A stretch of 64,000 nt of DNA from an uncultured Gemmatimonadales bacterium (GCA_963825055.1 CAWGSK010000009.1:1-64000); one strand, 5' to 3'; positions 19,102-29,013 are shown, counted from the first letter of the stretch. The notes: generated from the letters alone by a model not told the origin. Numbers and translations: made by a program.

Positions 19102-20313
19102 ATGGTCCTGACATTCCGGCAGCGCATCCTGGTCATCCTGATCGCGCTGGGGACGATCCCCGCGGCCCTCGCCCTGCTGGGCTGGGCGCTGACGCTGCGC
19201 GGCACCGATTCGGCGGCGGTCGGGCGGGTTGCCGTGCAGGGCGTAGCGGAGACGGGACGGGGGCTGGTGGAGACCCTGGACACGCTGCGGATGCGGCCGG
19301 CGGAACGCGCCGCGCTCCGGTCGCACGTCTCCGAACTCAACGAGGCCCTGACCCGCGTCCGGCAGGCGTCGGTCTACAACCGCCTGCTGTCAGGCGGCCT
19401 CGCGCTCATGATCCTCGCCTTCGGCGCCCTCATCCTCTACGCATCGGTTCGCCTCGGCGGCCATCTCTCGCGCCAGTTGAGCCGGCCCATGGAGGAACTC
19501 ATCGGCTGGACAGACCACATCCGCCGGCACGAGCCGCTCCCGGCCGACCGTCCGAGGAAGGGCGCGCCGGAGTTCGAGGACCTGCGCCATGCCCTCCGCG
19601 AGATGGCGACCAATCTCGAGCAGGGTCGCGCGCGGGAACTCGAGGCCGAGCGGCTCCGGATGTTCCGCGAGGTGGCACGGCGGGTCGCCCACGAGATGAG
19701 GAACCCCCTGACGCCGATCCGGTTTGCGGTGGCGCACCTGCAGCGCGACGCGACGCCGGAGCAGGCGGAGGTGCTCGAGATCCTGCGCACGGAGGCCGCG
19801 CGGCTGGAACAGATGGCCAGGGAATTCACCGAGTTCGGCCGGCTGCCGGAAGGCCCGCCATCGGAGATCGATCTCCGGGAACTGGTGGACGATGTCCTGC
19901 GTTCCTCGCTCCCCGAACGCATGCGGGGCCGGGTGGATGCACGCCAGGGCGCGCCGACGATCACCGGGCACTACGAACCGCTCCGGCGCGCGTTCGATAA
20001 CCTGGTGCGAAACGCGGTCGAGGCGTGCGATGGCGAGGGAACGGTGGACGTCCGCATCGCGCCCTCGGGCGATGCCGCCGTCACCGTCTCGGTCTCGGAC
20101 CATGGCCCCGGCGTCACGGAGGACAAGGCCGGCCGGATCTTCGAGCCCTACTACACCGAGAAGCGCGACGGCACCGGGCTCGGGCTGGCGCTCGTTCGCC
20201 AGGCGGTGGAGGCGCACGGCGGCCGGATCAGCGTGAGCAGCACTCCAGGTGGGGGCGCAACCTTCACCATGGAACTGCCCCGCCAGCCGTCGGTACGGAT
20301 GGTTACGGCGTGA
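19102..20313 (+). CDS. Sensor histidine kinase (HAMP-HisKA-HATPase), NtrY-like
   Basis: VAHEMRNPLTPI, NLVRNA, DHGPG and GTGLGL boxes. Confidence 0.93.
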   Translation: MVLTFRQRILVILIALGTIPAALALLGWALTLRGTDSAAVGRVAVQGVAETGRGLVETLDTLRMRPAERAALRSHVSELNEALTRVRQASVYNRLLSGGLALMILAFGALILYASVRLGGHLSRQLSRPMEELIGWTDHIRRHEPLPADRPRKGAPEFEDLRHALREMATNLEQGRARELEAERLRMFREVARRVAHEMRNPLTPIRFAVAHLQRDATPEQAEVLEILRTEAARLEQMAREFTEFGRLPEGPPSEIDLRELVDDVLRSSLPERMRGRVDARQGAPTITGHYEPLRRAFDNLVRNAVEACDGEGTVDVRIAPSGDAAVTVSVSDHGPGVTEDKAGRIFEPYYTEKRDGTGLGLALVRQAVEAHGGRISVSSTPGGGATFTMELPRQPSVRMVTA

Positions 20314-21653
20314 GCGCGCGCATCCTGGTGGTGGATGACGAGACCAACATCCGCCGGATGCTCGGCGCGCTTCTCCGCGCCGAGGGTTTCGAAGTCGAGG
20401 AGGCCGCCGGCGGCCACGCGGCCATCGAGGAGCTCGAGGACGACGGGTTCGACGCCGTCTTCCTTGACCTCATGATGCCCCCCGGGCCGGATGGCCTCGC
20501 GACCCTCTCCATGCTCCGCGAACGCGGCCTCGATGTCCCGGTCATCATGATGAGCGGCAAGGCACAGCTCTCCGACGCGGTCCAGGCTACCCGGCTCGGC
20601 GCATTCCAGTTCCTGGAGAAGCCGCTGGGTCCCGAGAGCGTGCTGGTGACGCTGCGGAGCGCACTGGACCTCGGCCGCGCGCGGGCCGAGAACCGCGCCC
20701 TCCGGGCCGCCCTGGCCCCGACCGACGAACTGGTCGGAAAGAGCCGGGCGATGGCGGAGGTGCGGTCGGCAATCGCCCGGGTGGGACCGACCGACACACG
20801 GGTGCTGGTGACGGGCGAGTCGGGGACCGGGAAGGAACTGGTGGCCGCGGCGATCCATCGCGTCAGCAGGCGGGCGGGTCAGGCATTCATCCCGGTCAAC
20901 AGCGCGGCGGTGCCGCGCGACCTGGTCGAGTCGGAGATGTTCGGCCACGAACGGGGCGCCTTCACCGGCGCCACGTCACGGCGTGTCGGCCGTTTCGAGC
21001 TGGCCGATCAGGGGACGCTCTTCCTGGACGAGGTGGCGGACCTGGGGCCGGAAGCGCAGGCGAAGCTCCTCCGCGTGCTGGAGAGCGGGGAGTTCACCCG
21101 GGTGGGTGGCGAGCGGACGACCCGGGTGAACGTGCGGGTGATCGCCGCGACCAACCGCGACCTCGAGACGGCCGTCGGGCAGGGTGCCTTCCGGGAGGAC
21201 CTCTTCTTCCGGCTCAATGTCTTTCCCATCGCGATGCCGCCGCTCCGGGAGCGACTGGAGGACCTGCCGCTCCTGACGGAACACATCGCCGCCCGGCTGC
21301 GCCCGCGCGATCCGCTCGTCTTCACCCCGGATGCAGTGGGCGAACTTGCGTCGCACACATGGCCCGGCAACGTTCGCGAACTCATCAATATCATCGAACG
21401 TCTCGGCATCCTGGGGGACAGCCCGGTTGACGCCGATGCCGTGCGCGCCGTACTGCCTGACTCCGCGGCCGTTCCCCGTGCGTCCGGCGGGAATGTCCCC
21501 GCACTTTCAGCGGCGCTCGAGGACTTCGAGCGCGGCCTGATCGCACGCGCCCTGGCCACTGCGGAAGGGAACGTGACGGAGGCCGCCCGCCTGCTGGACA
21601 CCGACCGGGCAAACCTGTACCGGCGGATGCGGCGGCTGGGGCTTGATAGGTAG
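20310..21653 (+). CDS. Sigma54-dependent response regulator (REC-AAA+-HTH), NtrX/NtrC-like
   Basis: ILVVDD, GESGTGKE, GAFTGA, FLDEV, WPGNVREL and a Fis-type HTH. Confidence 0.95.
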   Translation: MSARILVVDDETNIRRMLGALLRAEGFEVEEAAGGHAAIEELEDDGFDAVFLDLMMPPGPDGLATLSMLRERGLDVPVIMMSGKAQLSDAVQATRLGAFQFLEKPLGPESVLVTLRSALDLGRARAENRALRAALAPTDELVGKSRAMAEVRSAIARVGPTDTRVLVTGESGTGKELVAAAIHRVSRRAGQAFIPVNSAAVPRDLVESEMFGHERGAFTGATSRRVGRFELADQGTLFLDEVADLGPEAQAKLLRVLESGEFTRVGGERTTRVNVRVIAATNRDLETAVGQGAFREDLFFRLNVFPIAMPPLRERLEDLPLLTEHIAARLRPRDPLVFTPDAVGELASHTWPGNVRELINIIERLGILGDSPVDADAVRAVLPDSAAVPRASGGNVPALSAALEDFERGLIARALATAEGNVTEAARLLDTDRANLYRRMRRLGLDR

Positions 21654-21868
21654 GGCGGACAGGCGGACAGGCGGACAGGCGGACAGGCGGACAGGCGGAC
21701 AAGGCGGACAGGCGGACAAGGCGGACAGCAGGCGGACCGGAATATGAACCGTCGCCGGCAGGCGACGATGTGCCGAGCAGCGGCTTCAGCCGCGTGGACA
21801 GGGCGGACAGGCGGACGGTAACGACTCAACGACTTAACGACTCAACGACACCGATACCCGATACCCGA
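21654..21868. repeat. Bipartite element (GGCGGACA)x~10 ... (AACGACTC)x~4 + (GATACCC)x2-3
   Basis: Starts directly after the TAG stop and ends 7 nt before the next ATG. Confidence 0.92.
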
Positions 21869-21875
21869 GTATCTC

Positions 21876-23609
21876 ATGCGTAACACGCTGGTCATACTGA
21901 TTCTCGCCGTCATGGCGGCCCCTCTGGCGGCCCAGGACACCGTCTTCATCTACACCCCTGACGCCCCGCGGGCGGACTCGGTGGATACTGGCGGCATTCC
22001 CGCGGATCTCGTCCGGGAAATGCTGGCGCGGTTCAACGACTCCTCCACCACCAGGCTGTGGGGCGACGTGGACCTGACCCCGGGCGCGCGCCTCGCCGGA
22101 ACGGTCGGGGTATTCCGCGGGTCGGTGGCGGTCTCCGGCACCATCGACGGCGACCTCCTGGTGATCAACGGGAGCGTTACGGTACGGAGGGGAGGGCGTG
22201 TCACCGGCAACATCACGGTGGTGGGTGGCCGGCTCACCGTCCAGCCCGGTGCCGAGGTCGCGGGGGACCCGCGGGTGTTCTGGGAAGCAGCGCCGGTCGT
22301 ACGGGCGCCGGACGGCATGCTGGTGCTCAGGAGCCGTCGGAGCCTGCCGGATCTTTCCGGGGCCAGGACCACGTTCCGTACCGGCTCGGTACGCACGACG
22401 CTCGTAATCGGGACCGACCGCACCTACAACCGGATCGAGGGGCTCCCGATTGTGTTCGGCCCCACGTTCGAGCTGGTGGCGGGGCCCGCCACGTCGCTCC
22501 GGCTTGATCTCCGCGGGATCCTGCGCACCACAATCGACGAAGCCGGGCTGCGTGACGACTTCGGCTGGCGCGGCCGCCTCGAGTTCCGCCAGGGGAATTC
22601 CCAGCCGGTGGGAATCGGGCTTCGGGGCTACAGCCAGGTGGTGCCGATCCAGGAGCACCCCCTGGCCCTGAGCGAGAACGGCTGGTCGGCCTTCCTGCTC
22701 CAGCGTGACTACCGCGACTGGTACCTGGCCCAGGGCGTCGGCGCCAACATCTACGGCTACCCCTCCCGCTCGCTGCGCCTGGAAGCCCGCGCGCGCTACG
22801 ACCGGGAGACCTCCGTGCGCGCGAACGACCCGTGGAGCCTCCTCCGCAACACCGACCGGTGGCGGGCCAACCCGCTGATCGACGACGGTCACTTTCTCAC
22901 GGCGACCGTGGGTGCCGAGCTCGACACCCGGAACTCCACCGAGCTGCCGGTCACCGGCTGGTGGCTCCGGGGCAGCTTCGAGCGGAGCTGGAGCGAGGAC
23001 GTGGCGCCGGTGACGCTGCCGCCGGAGGTGCGGAGCGGGCTTCCCACCGCGGGGGACTACGTGTTCAACGTCGCCACGCTGGACCTCCGCCGTTACAGCC
23101 GGATCAGCTCCGCGACGCGGGTCAGCGCCCGCCTGTTCGCGCGCGGCTACGCCGGCGGTGACCCGCTGCCGGTGCAGCGGAGGGTGGGGCTCGGCGGTCC
23201 GGACCCGATGCCAGGCTTCCGGTTCCGTTCCACCACCTGCGCGCCATCACAGGGGAGCGACCCGGCGTTCAGCGCGCTGTGCGACCGGGTGATGGTGGCG
23301 CAGGTGGAGGTCCGGCGACGCCTGTCGCTGGACCTGGGCTACCACTACCACGACAGCGAATGGAGGAACCTCGACCGCTTCATCGGGATCAACGACGCCG
23401 ACCTGGTGTTCTTCGCCGATGCGGGGAAGGCCTGGCTGTCGGGCGACGGACCGGGGCGCGTGCCGAACAACCGGATCCCGAACCTCGGCGAGTGGGACGC
23501 GGACGTGGGGGTGGGCATTGATGCCGGGGGCATCGGCGCCTATCTCGCCAAGGCGCTCACCGGCGACGAACCCGTTCGCGTGATTCTCAGGCTGCAACGG
23601 CGCTTCTAG
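21876..23609 (+). CDS. Omp85/TamA-like outer membrane beta-barrel with N-terminal polymer-forming (bactofilin-like) beta-helix
   Basis: Signal peptide, G-x-V-x-V-x-G repeats, YNRIEG, LGG..MPGF and terminal Phe. Confidence 0.65.
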   Translation: MRNTLVILILAVMAAPLAAQDTVFIYTPDAPRADSVDTGGIPADLVREMLARFNDSSTTRLWGDVDLTPGARLAGTVGVFRGSVAVSGTIDGDLLVINGSVTVRRGGRVTGNITVVGGRLTVQPGAEVAGDPRVFWEAAPVVRAPDGMLVLRSRRSLPDLSGARTTFRTGSVRTTLVIGTDRTYNRIEGLPIVFGPTFELVAGPATSLRLDLRGILRTTIDEAGLRDDFGWRGRLEFRQGNSQPVGIGLRGYSQVVPIQEHPLALSENGWSAFLLQRDYRDWYLAQGVGANIYGYPSRSLRLEARARYDRETSVRANDPWSLLRNTDRWRANPLIDDGHFLTATVGAELDTRNSTELPVTGWWLRGSFERSWSEDVAPVTLPPEVRSGLPTAGDYVFNVATLDLRRYSRISSATRVSARLFARGYAGGDPLPVQRRVGLGGPDPMPGFRFRSTTCAPSQGSDPAFSALCDRVMVAQVEVRRRLSLDLGYHYHDSEWRNLDRFIGINDADLVFFADAGKAWLSGDGPGRVPNNRIPNLGEWDADVGVGIDAGGIGAYLAKALTGDEPVRVILRLQRRF

Positions 23610-24283
23610 TGCACCACCGGTTGTACGCGCTGCTCGTCGCGCTGGCGGTGGTCCTCACCGCCGTGCCCGCGGCCCGGGCCCAGGCGCCCGACAGCGGCCA
23701 GGTCGCCCTCGACCTGGCCCTGAGCCCCGACGCGCGCCCCGACGGCTCACGCGACCCGATCGTCCAGATCCGCCATCTACTGAGCGATTCGCGCTGGATG
23801 GACATGCTGCGCTCGGGGTTCCCCGTCCGACTCCGGTACCGGCTGGAGGTCTGGCGATCGCGCGGAATCTGGTTTGATGCGTTCGAACGGGAAATCGAGT
23901 GGAATGTGGTGGTGCGCCACGAGCCGCTGCTCGACCAGTATTCGGTCACCACCATCACGCCGAGCGGGACACGGGAAAAGCGGTACGCGGGGCTCGATCC
24001 CCTCGCCGCGGCGCTCGGCGTGCCGTATCGGATCCCGGTGCAGCCGAAGGGCGATGGGGAGTTCTACTACAAAGTCACGCTGCAGGTGACGACGCTCTCC
24101 GACTCGGACCTCGACGAGCTGGAGCAGTTTCTCCGGGGGGAACCGCCGCCGGCCGCCGGCTCCAGCCGCGACTTCGGGGACGCGGTGGGCCGCGGAGTGA
24201 CACGGATGCTGCTCAAGCTGTCGGGGTTGCCGAGCCTGCGGCTGGAGGAGAGGAGCGGGAAGTACAGGAAAAGCAGTGACTAG
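23609..24283 (+). CDS. Exported hypothetical protein (DUF4390-like)
   Basis: Signal peptide ending ARA; LRSGFPVRLRYRLEVWR..WFD pattern. Confidence 0.55.
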   Translation: MHHRLYALLVALAVVLTAVPAARAQAPDSGQVALDLALSPDARPDGSRDPIVQIRHLLSDSRWMDMLRSGFPVRLRYRLEVWRSRGIWFDAFEREIEWNVVVRHEPLLDQYSVTTITPSGTREKRYAGLDPLAAALGVPYRIPVQPKGDGEFYYKVTLQVTTLSDSDLDELEQFLRGEPPPAAGSSRDFGDAVGRGVTRMLLKLSGLPSLRLEERSGKYRKSSD

Positions 24284-24418
24284 TGACTGGTGACTGGTGA
24301 CTGGTGACTGGTGACTGGTGATTAGTGGTTGGTGCCTGGTGGCCGGGATCGATGCTTGTCCGCGCGCACCGTACCGAACCTGAAGCACTAGTCACTAGTC
24401 ACTAGTCACTAGTCACTA
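24274..24418. repeat. Bipartite inverted element ([A/G]GTGACT)x~9 ... (CACTAGT)x~5
   Basis: Between convergent genes; both stop codons fall inside the arms. Confidence 0.92.
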
Positions 24419-24958
24419 TCGCAGCGCCGCCAGCGCGCTCTCCCCATAGAACAAGCTGATGTACTTCGCCTGGGTCTCCGTCAGGCGGCGCACCGCCCAC
24501 GAGAGGTGCACGAAGTGCGGCTCGACCGGGGGGTTGAGCGGCAGCATGCCGCATTCCTCCGGCAGCCGGTTGCCCTTGCGGGTGTTGCAGGTGCTGCAGG
24601 CCGTGACGACGTTGGTCCACTCGTTGGTGCCGCCGCGCGAGATGGGCACGAGGTGATCGCGCGTCAGGCATTCCCGCGTCCGCAACTCCGGCGTCGTCCG
24701 GTGACAGAACTGGCACCGGTAATGATCCCGCGCGAAGAGGAAGGTGTTGGTGACCTGGCGGCGAAAACGGCGGGGAACGTGGACGAAACGGACAAGGCGG
24801 ATGATGGCGGGCTTCGGGAGGGCGAGGCGCGCACTTCGTATGAGGTCGCCGTCGGCCTCGACGATCTCCGCCTTGCCGTCGATGACAAGGCGAAGCGCCC
24901 GGCGAACCGGCACCATGGTCAGTGGCTCAAATGAGGCATTGAGGGCGAGGCAACGCAC
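24416..24958 (-). CDS. HNH endonuclease (McrA-like)
   Basis: LALNASFEPL, RDHYRCQFC, TRDHLVPISRGG and NVVTACSTCNTRKG. Start is GTG 24958 or TTG 24985. Confidence 0.9.
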   Translation of the reverse strand: MRCLALNASFEPLTMVPVRRALRLVIDGKAEIVEADGDLIRSARLALPKPAIIRLVRFVHVPRRFRRQVTNTFLFARDHYRCQFCHRTTPELRTRECLTRDHLVPISRGGTNEWTNVVTACSTCNTRKGNRLPEECGMLPLNPPVEPHFVHLSWAVRRLTETQAKYISLFYGESALAALR

Positions 24959-25024
24959 AGCTTCTCTCCCGGGGAGTCGATTCAATGCTATATGGGGACG
25001 GGCGAGGGGGGCAAGGGGGAACAG

Positions 25025-25090
25025 CGTGAGCCGTGAGCGGTGAGCGGGAACGGGGCTCCTGCCTGCTTACCGCTCACTGCTTACCGCTTT
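25025..25090. repeat. Short bipartite element (GTGAGC[C/G])x3 ... (GCT[T/C]AC[C/T])x3-4
   Basis: Read directly; the argR stop lies within the right arm. Confidence 0.75.
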
Positions 25091-25530
25091 CGCTTTTCTC
25101 GCTCCATCTTCGCCATCACGCTCCGTCTCCCCTCCTCGCCCCGGGCCACCACCAGCACGGTATCACTTCCGGCGATGGTGCCCAGGACCTCCGGCCAGGC
25201 CGCCGCGTCGAGCGCGGACGCGACGGCCGCGGCCCCGCCCCCGGTGGTCCGGAGCACCAGCACCCCATCGTGGCCGTCCATCGAGAGGACGAATGATCCC
25301 AGGAGCCGGCCGAGGTCCGGCCCGGACGGCCCTTCGGCGGGGGTGACGTAGAACGCGCCGCCACCGGGGTCCGCCTGCTTGGCGAGGCCGAGTTCGCGCA
25401 GGTCCCGGGAAAGTGTCGCCTGCGTCACGTCAATGCCGAGGGCCGCGAGGGCGTCGCGCAACTCGTGCTGGCTGCCAATCCGGCGTTCGCGGACAACGCG
25501 CAGGATGGCGGCATGGCGTTCCAGTTTCAT
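25081..25530 (-). CDS. argR: Arginine repressor
   Basis: SQHEL, VTQATLSRDLREL and VLGTIAGSDT motifs. Confidence 0.93.
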   Translation of the reverse strand: MKLERHAAILRVVRERRIGSQHELRDALAALGIDVTQATLSRDLRELGLAKQADPGGGAFYVTPAEGPSGPDLGRLLGSFVLSMDGHDGVLVLRTTGGGAAAVASALDAAAWPEVLGTIAGSDTVLVVARGEEGRRSVMAKMEREKRKR

Positions 25531-26783
25531 GCAACCTCCGGCCAGACCTGCCGGCCACCCACCCAGGTCCCCAGCAGGTCATCCCCCCCGGCGTCCAGGA
25601 CCATCTCGACGGGATCATCACCCGGCCGGAGGCGGAACGCGGCAAGGTCGCCATGATAGCCCGCTTCGAGCCGGCCGGCCTCGTCGCCGAGCCCCAGGGC
25701 CCGGGCAGCGCCGGTGGTGACCAGTGCCAGCGCGTCTTCGGCACGGAGTCCCGCCAGGGCCCGAGCCGCACGCACTTCGGCCAGGAGGTCGAGCGGCGAG
25801 ACGCTCGCGACCGAGTCCGTCCCGGCCCCGACCGGGATGCCGGCGTCGAGCAGGCGCCGGAGCGGCGCGGCGCCGTGGCCGTGGGCCTGGTTGGAGCGCG
25901 GGCAGTGCGCCACCGCGGCGCCGCGCGCCGCGATGGTGGCAATGTCGTCGTTGCTCACGTGCACGCTGTGGATGCAGAGCGTCCGTTCGCCCATGACGCC
26001 GTGACGGTCGAGCCACGCGATCGGCGTGGTCGCGGGACCGGGAAGTGGAATCCCCCGGCTCGCGAGCATCCGGGCAAAGCCGCCGCTGCCCCCGGCCAGC
26101 AGGGCTGACTCCGCGGCCGACTCGGCGATGTGCACCGCCAGCGGCAGCGCGCGGGCCCGGGCGAAGTCGGCGGCGAGGGCGTACAGCGGCCCGCTCACGC
26201 TGTAAGGCGCATGGGGCGAGACGCCGATCCGGGCACGCGCTGTGGCGCGGGCGGCGAGGCTGTCGAACCGTTCCCGCCAGGCGGACCATGCGGCGTCCGC
26301 GCCCGCCGGGTCAGGACCGAACACCTCCAGGTATGCAATCCCTCCGGCTCCCGCCTCCACCATGGCCTCGAGCGCCGCGCCGGTATCGCCGGTGTCGGCG
26401 ACGGTCGTCACGCCGCCGGCGAAGCAGTCACGGAGTCCCTGGCGCGCGGCGGCCAGGTATGCCCCGGCGTCCCGGTCCGCCTTACGCCGGACGAGCGCCC
26501 GGATCCAGTCCACGAACGGGTCGCCCCACGCGGGTTCCGGCGTCAGGTCCGCCGCGTCGTCGAAGCCGGTCAGTTCGAGATGCGTGTGCGTGTTGATCAG
26601 GCCGGGGAGCAGGACGGCATCGGGAAGATCGACCGGCATGGCGCCGGCGTCTGGCATTCCGGACGCAGGTCCCACGGCCGCGATGCGCCCGTCGCTCCCG
26701 ACGAGCACCGCCCCGTCCCGGATGGGCGGGCCGGCCATGGGCAGGACCCAGGCCGCGCGGAACCGGCGCGGCGTCCTGGTCAG
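25527..26783 (-). CDS. Amidohydrolase family protein (MtaD/SsnA-like)
   Basis: PGLINTHTHLE, SPHAPYSV, HIAES, HCPRSN and GTDS motifs. Start is probably the CTG overlapping the PBP stop. Confidence 0.85.
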   Translation of the reverse strand: MTRTPRRFRAAWVLPMAGPPIRDGAVLVGSDGRIAAVGPASGMPDAGAMPVDLPDAVLLPGLINTHTHLELTGFDDAADLTPEPAWGDPFVDWIRALVRRKADRDAGAYLAAARQGLRDCFAGGVTTVADTGDTGAALEAMVEAGAGGIAYLEVFGPDPAGADAAWSAWRERFDSLAARATARARIGVSPHAPYSVSGPLYALAADFARARALPLAVHIAESAAESALLAGGSGGFARMLASRGIPLPGPATTPIAWLDRHGVMGERTLCIHSVHVSNDDIATIAARGAAVAHCPRSNQAHGHGAAPLRRLLDAGIPVGAGTDSVASVSPLDLLAEVRAARALAGLRAEDALALVTTGAARALGLGDEAGRLEAGYHGDLAAFRLRPGDDPVEMVLDAGGDDLLGTWVGGRQVWPEVA

Positions 26784-28948
26784 GGGTTGCGGGGGCCGGG
26801 CGGGAACGTGACGGGGCCGCTGGCGCCTGGCGCGGGCGCGAACGGCGAGTGAATGGGGCAGTACTCGCGCGGCTCGGTGCCCGGGATGTAGGACTCGACG
26901 TACCGGTTCTCGGGCGGACAGAACGGCGTGTACTTGTAGCCGGTCTCGCTGTCCACTACCTCCACCGTCAGCCCGTCCGGCCGGCGCCATTCCGGCGGGG
27001 TGGGCCGGCGGTCGTAGATCTCCTTCATCATGGAGGTCCAGACCGGCGCGGCCAGCCGCCCGCCCTGTGCGTTGTTCATGATGCGCTGGCGCTGGTCGAA
27101 GCCGAGCCACACGCTTCCGACCAGTTCGGGAGTGAACCCGATGAACCAGACGTCGGCGTAGTCGTTGGTCGTTCCCGTCTTGCCGCCGGCCGGCACGGTG
27201 AATCCCTGCGCGGTGACGGAGGAATACGCCGTCCCGTGCCGGACGACGTCACGCAGGGCATCCGTCATGAGCCAGCCCTGGTCCTCGTCCATCACCCGCT
27301 CCGCCCGCGCGGTCGGCCGCCAGATGATATGGCCGTCCTTGTCCTCTACGCGGTCGATCGCCACGGGGGTCCGCTTGATTCCGAGGGTTGCAAAGGGGAT
27401 GTACGCGGAGGTGATGTCGAGCGGCACGACCTCCGCCGAGCCGATGAAGATCGAGGGATAGGGCGGGATGCGCGTGCTGGTGATGCCGAAGTTGGTGGCC
27501 TCCGCGATCACGTTCCGCACTCCCACCTCCAACCCCACCCGGACGGCAATGGCGTTCCGTGAGAGGTAGAGCCCCCGGCGCATCGTCATGGGACCCTGGA
27601 AAGTGAGGTCGAAGTTCTGCGGCTCCCAGGGCGCGGCGGTCGAGTCGTCGCCCGGCAGGCTGATCGGCTCGTCCGCCAGGATCTGGCTCAGCGGGAAGCC
27701 GGCGCGGAGGGCGGCGGAGTACACGAACGGCTTGAACGTGGAGCCGGGCTGGCGCTGGGCCTGGGTCGCGCGGTTGAACTTGCTGTCGTCGAAATCACGG
27801 CCGCCCACCATGGCCCGGATCTGGCCGGTCCTGGCATCCAGGATGATCGCCATCCCCTGCAGGTATGGCGACGTCCCGGGACCGGTGCCGTTGCCTTCCT
27901 TCTTCTCGATGTACTCGCGGTACGTCTCGTGACTGAACTTCCCGTACTGGCCGCCCTCGATGGCGTCCAGCTGGGCGTTCAGCGCGCGCTCGGCGCTCTG
28001 CTGCATGTCGAGGTCGAGCGTGGTGTAGATGCGGAGCCCCTCGCGGTAGAGCCGCGATCCGAACTGGGCATCCAGCATCTGGCGCACGTACTCCACGAAG
28101 TAGGGGGCGACCTCGCTGAAGTCGGACCGGGAGGAGAGCAGGACCGGGTAGGCCTTCCACTTCTCGGCCTGCCGCGAGGTGAGGTAGCCCTCGTCGCGCA
28201 TCAGGTTGATGACGGTGTTCCGGCGCTGCACCGCGCGGCGGGGATAGCGCCGCGGGTTATAGCGGGTGGGCGCCTTCGGCAGCGCGGCAAGCATGGCCGC
28301 TTCGGCCACGTTCAGGTTCCGGACCGACTTGCCGAAGTACCGCTGCGCCGCGGCCTCCGCCCCGAAGGCCCGGTTGCCCAGCTCGATCTGGTTCAGGTAG
28401 AGCTCGAGAATCTTGTCCTTCGGGTACCGGCGTTCGATCTCCAGCGCCACCTTCATCTCGCGGAGCTTCCGGGAGAGCGAGCGGTCGCGGAAGTTGATGT
28501 CTTCCGGCCAGAGGTTCCGGGCGAGCTGCATGGTGATGGTGCTGAACCCCCCGGCAATCCGCCGCTCGAGGATGTTGTCCTTGGCCGCGCCGAACACGCG
28601 CCAGAAGTCGATTCCATCATGGCTGTAGAACCGCTTGTCCTCGGTGGCGATGAACGCCGCCTTGACCGCGGGCGCCATCTGGTCGAGCGGGACCACGGTC
28701 CGCCGCTCCGTGCCGAGGTCGGTGATCAGGCGGCCGTCGCCGGCATACACCTTGGCGGCCTGTTCCGGGTTGTACACCTCGATGCCGGCAATGGACGGGC
28801 ACGCGTTGCCCGCGCACACCCGCGACCACGCGCCGATCCCGATCCCGAGGACCAGGACGGCGAGGATGGCGACGGCGATGGCGATGTTCCGGAGTGTCCG
28901 GCCCCGTGGGAACCAGGAGAACCGGCCTTGAGTGGTCCTGCGCTTCAT
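26780..28948 (-). CDS. Penicillin-binding protein 1A family (transglycosylase-transpeptidase)
   Basis: EDKRFYSHDG, STITMQLARN, QPGSTFKP, SRN and KTGT motifs. Confidence 0.95.
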   Translation of the reverse strand: MKRRTTQGRFSWFPRGRTLRNIAIAVAILAVLVLGIGIGAWSRVCAGNACPSIAGIEVYNPEQAAKVYAGDGRLITDLGTERRTVVPLDQMAPAVKAAFIATEDKRFYSHDGIDFWRVFGAAKDNILERRIAGGFSTITMQLARNLWPEDINFRDRSLSRKLREMKVALEIERRYPKDKILELYLNQIELGNRAFGAEAAAQRYFGKSVRNLNVAEAAMLAALPKAPTRYNPRRYPRRAVQRRNTVINLMRDEGYLTSRQAEKWKAYPVLLSSRSDFSEVAPYFVEYVRQMLDAQFGSRLYREGLRIYTTLDLDMQQSAERALNAQLDAIEGGQYGKFSHETYREYIEKKEGNGTGPGTSPYLQGMAIILDARTGQIRAMVGGRDFDDSKFNRATQAQRQPGSTFKPFVYSAALRAGFPLSQILADEPISLPGDDSTAAPWEPQNFDLTFQGPMTMRRGLYLSRNAIAVRVGLEVGVRNVIAEATNFGITSTRIPPYPSIFIGSAEVVPLDITSAYIPFATLGIKRTPVAIDRVEDKDGHIIWRPTARAERVMDEDQGWLMTDALRDVVRHGTAYSSVTAQGFTVPAGGKTGTTNDYADVWFIGFTPELVGSVWLGFDQRQRIMNNAQGGRLAAPVWTSMMKEIYDRRPTPPEWRRPDGLTVEVVDSETGYKYTPFCPPENRYVESYIPGTEPREYCPIHSPFAPAPGASGPVTFPPGPRNP

Positions 28949-29013
28949 GACGGGGGAAAGTAGCGGTGCCACCGGAGGCGGAAAAGGGAGGGACGCGTTA
29001 ACTTCTTCCGCCA

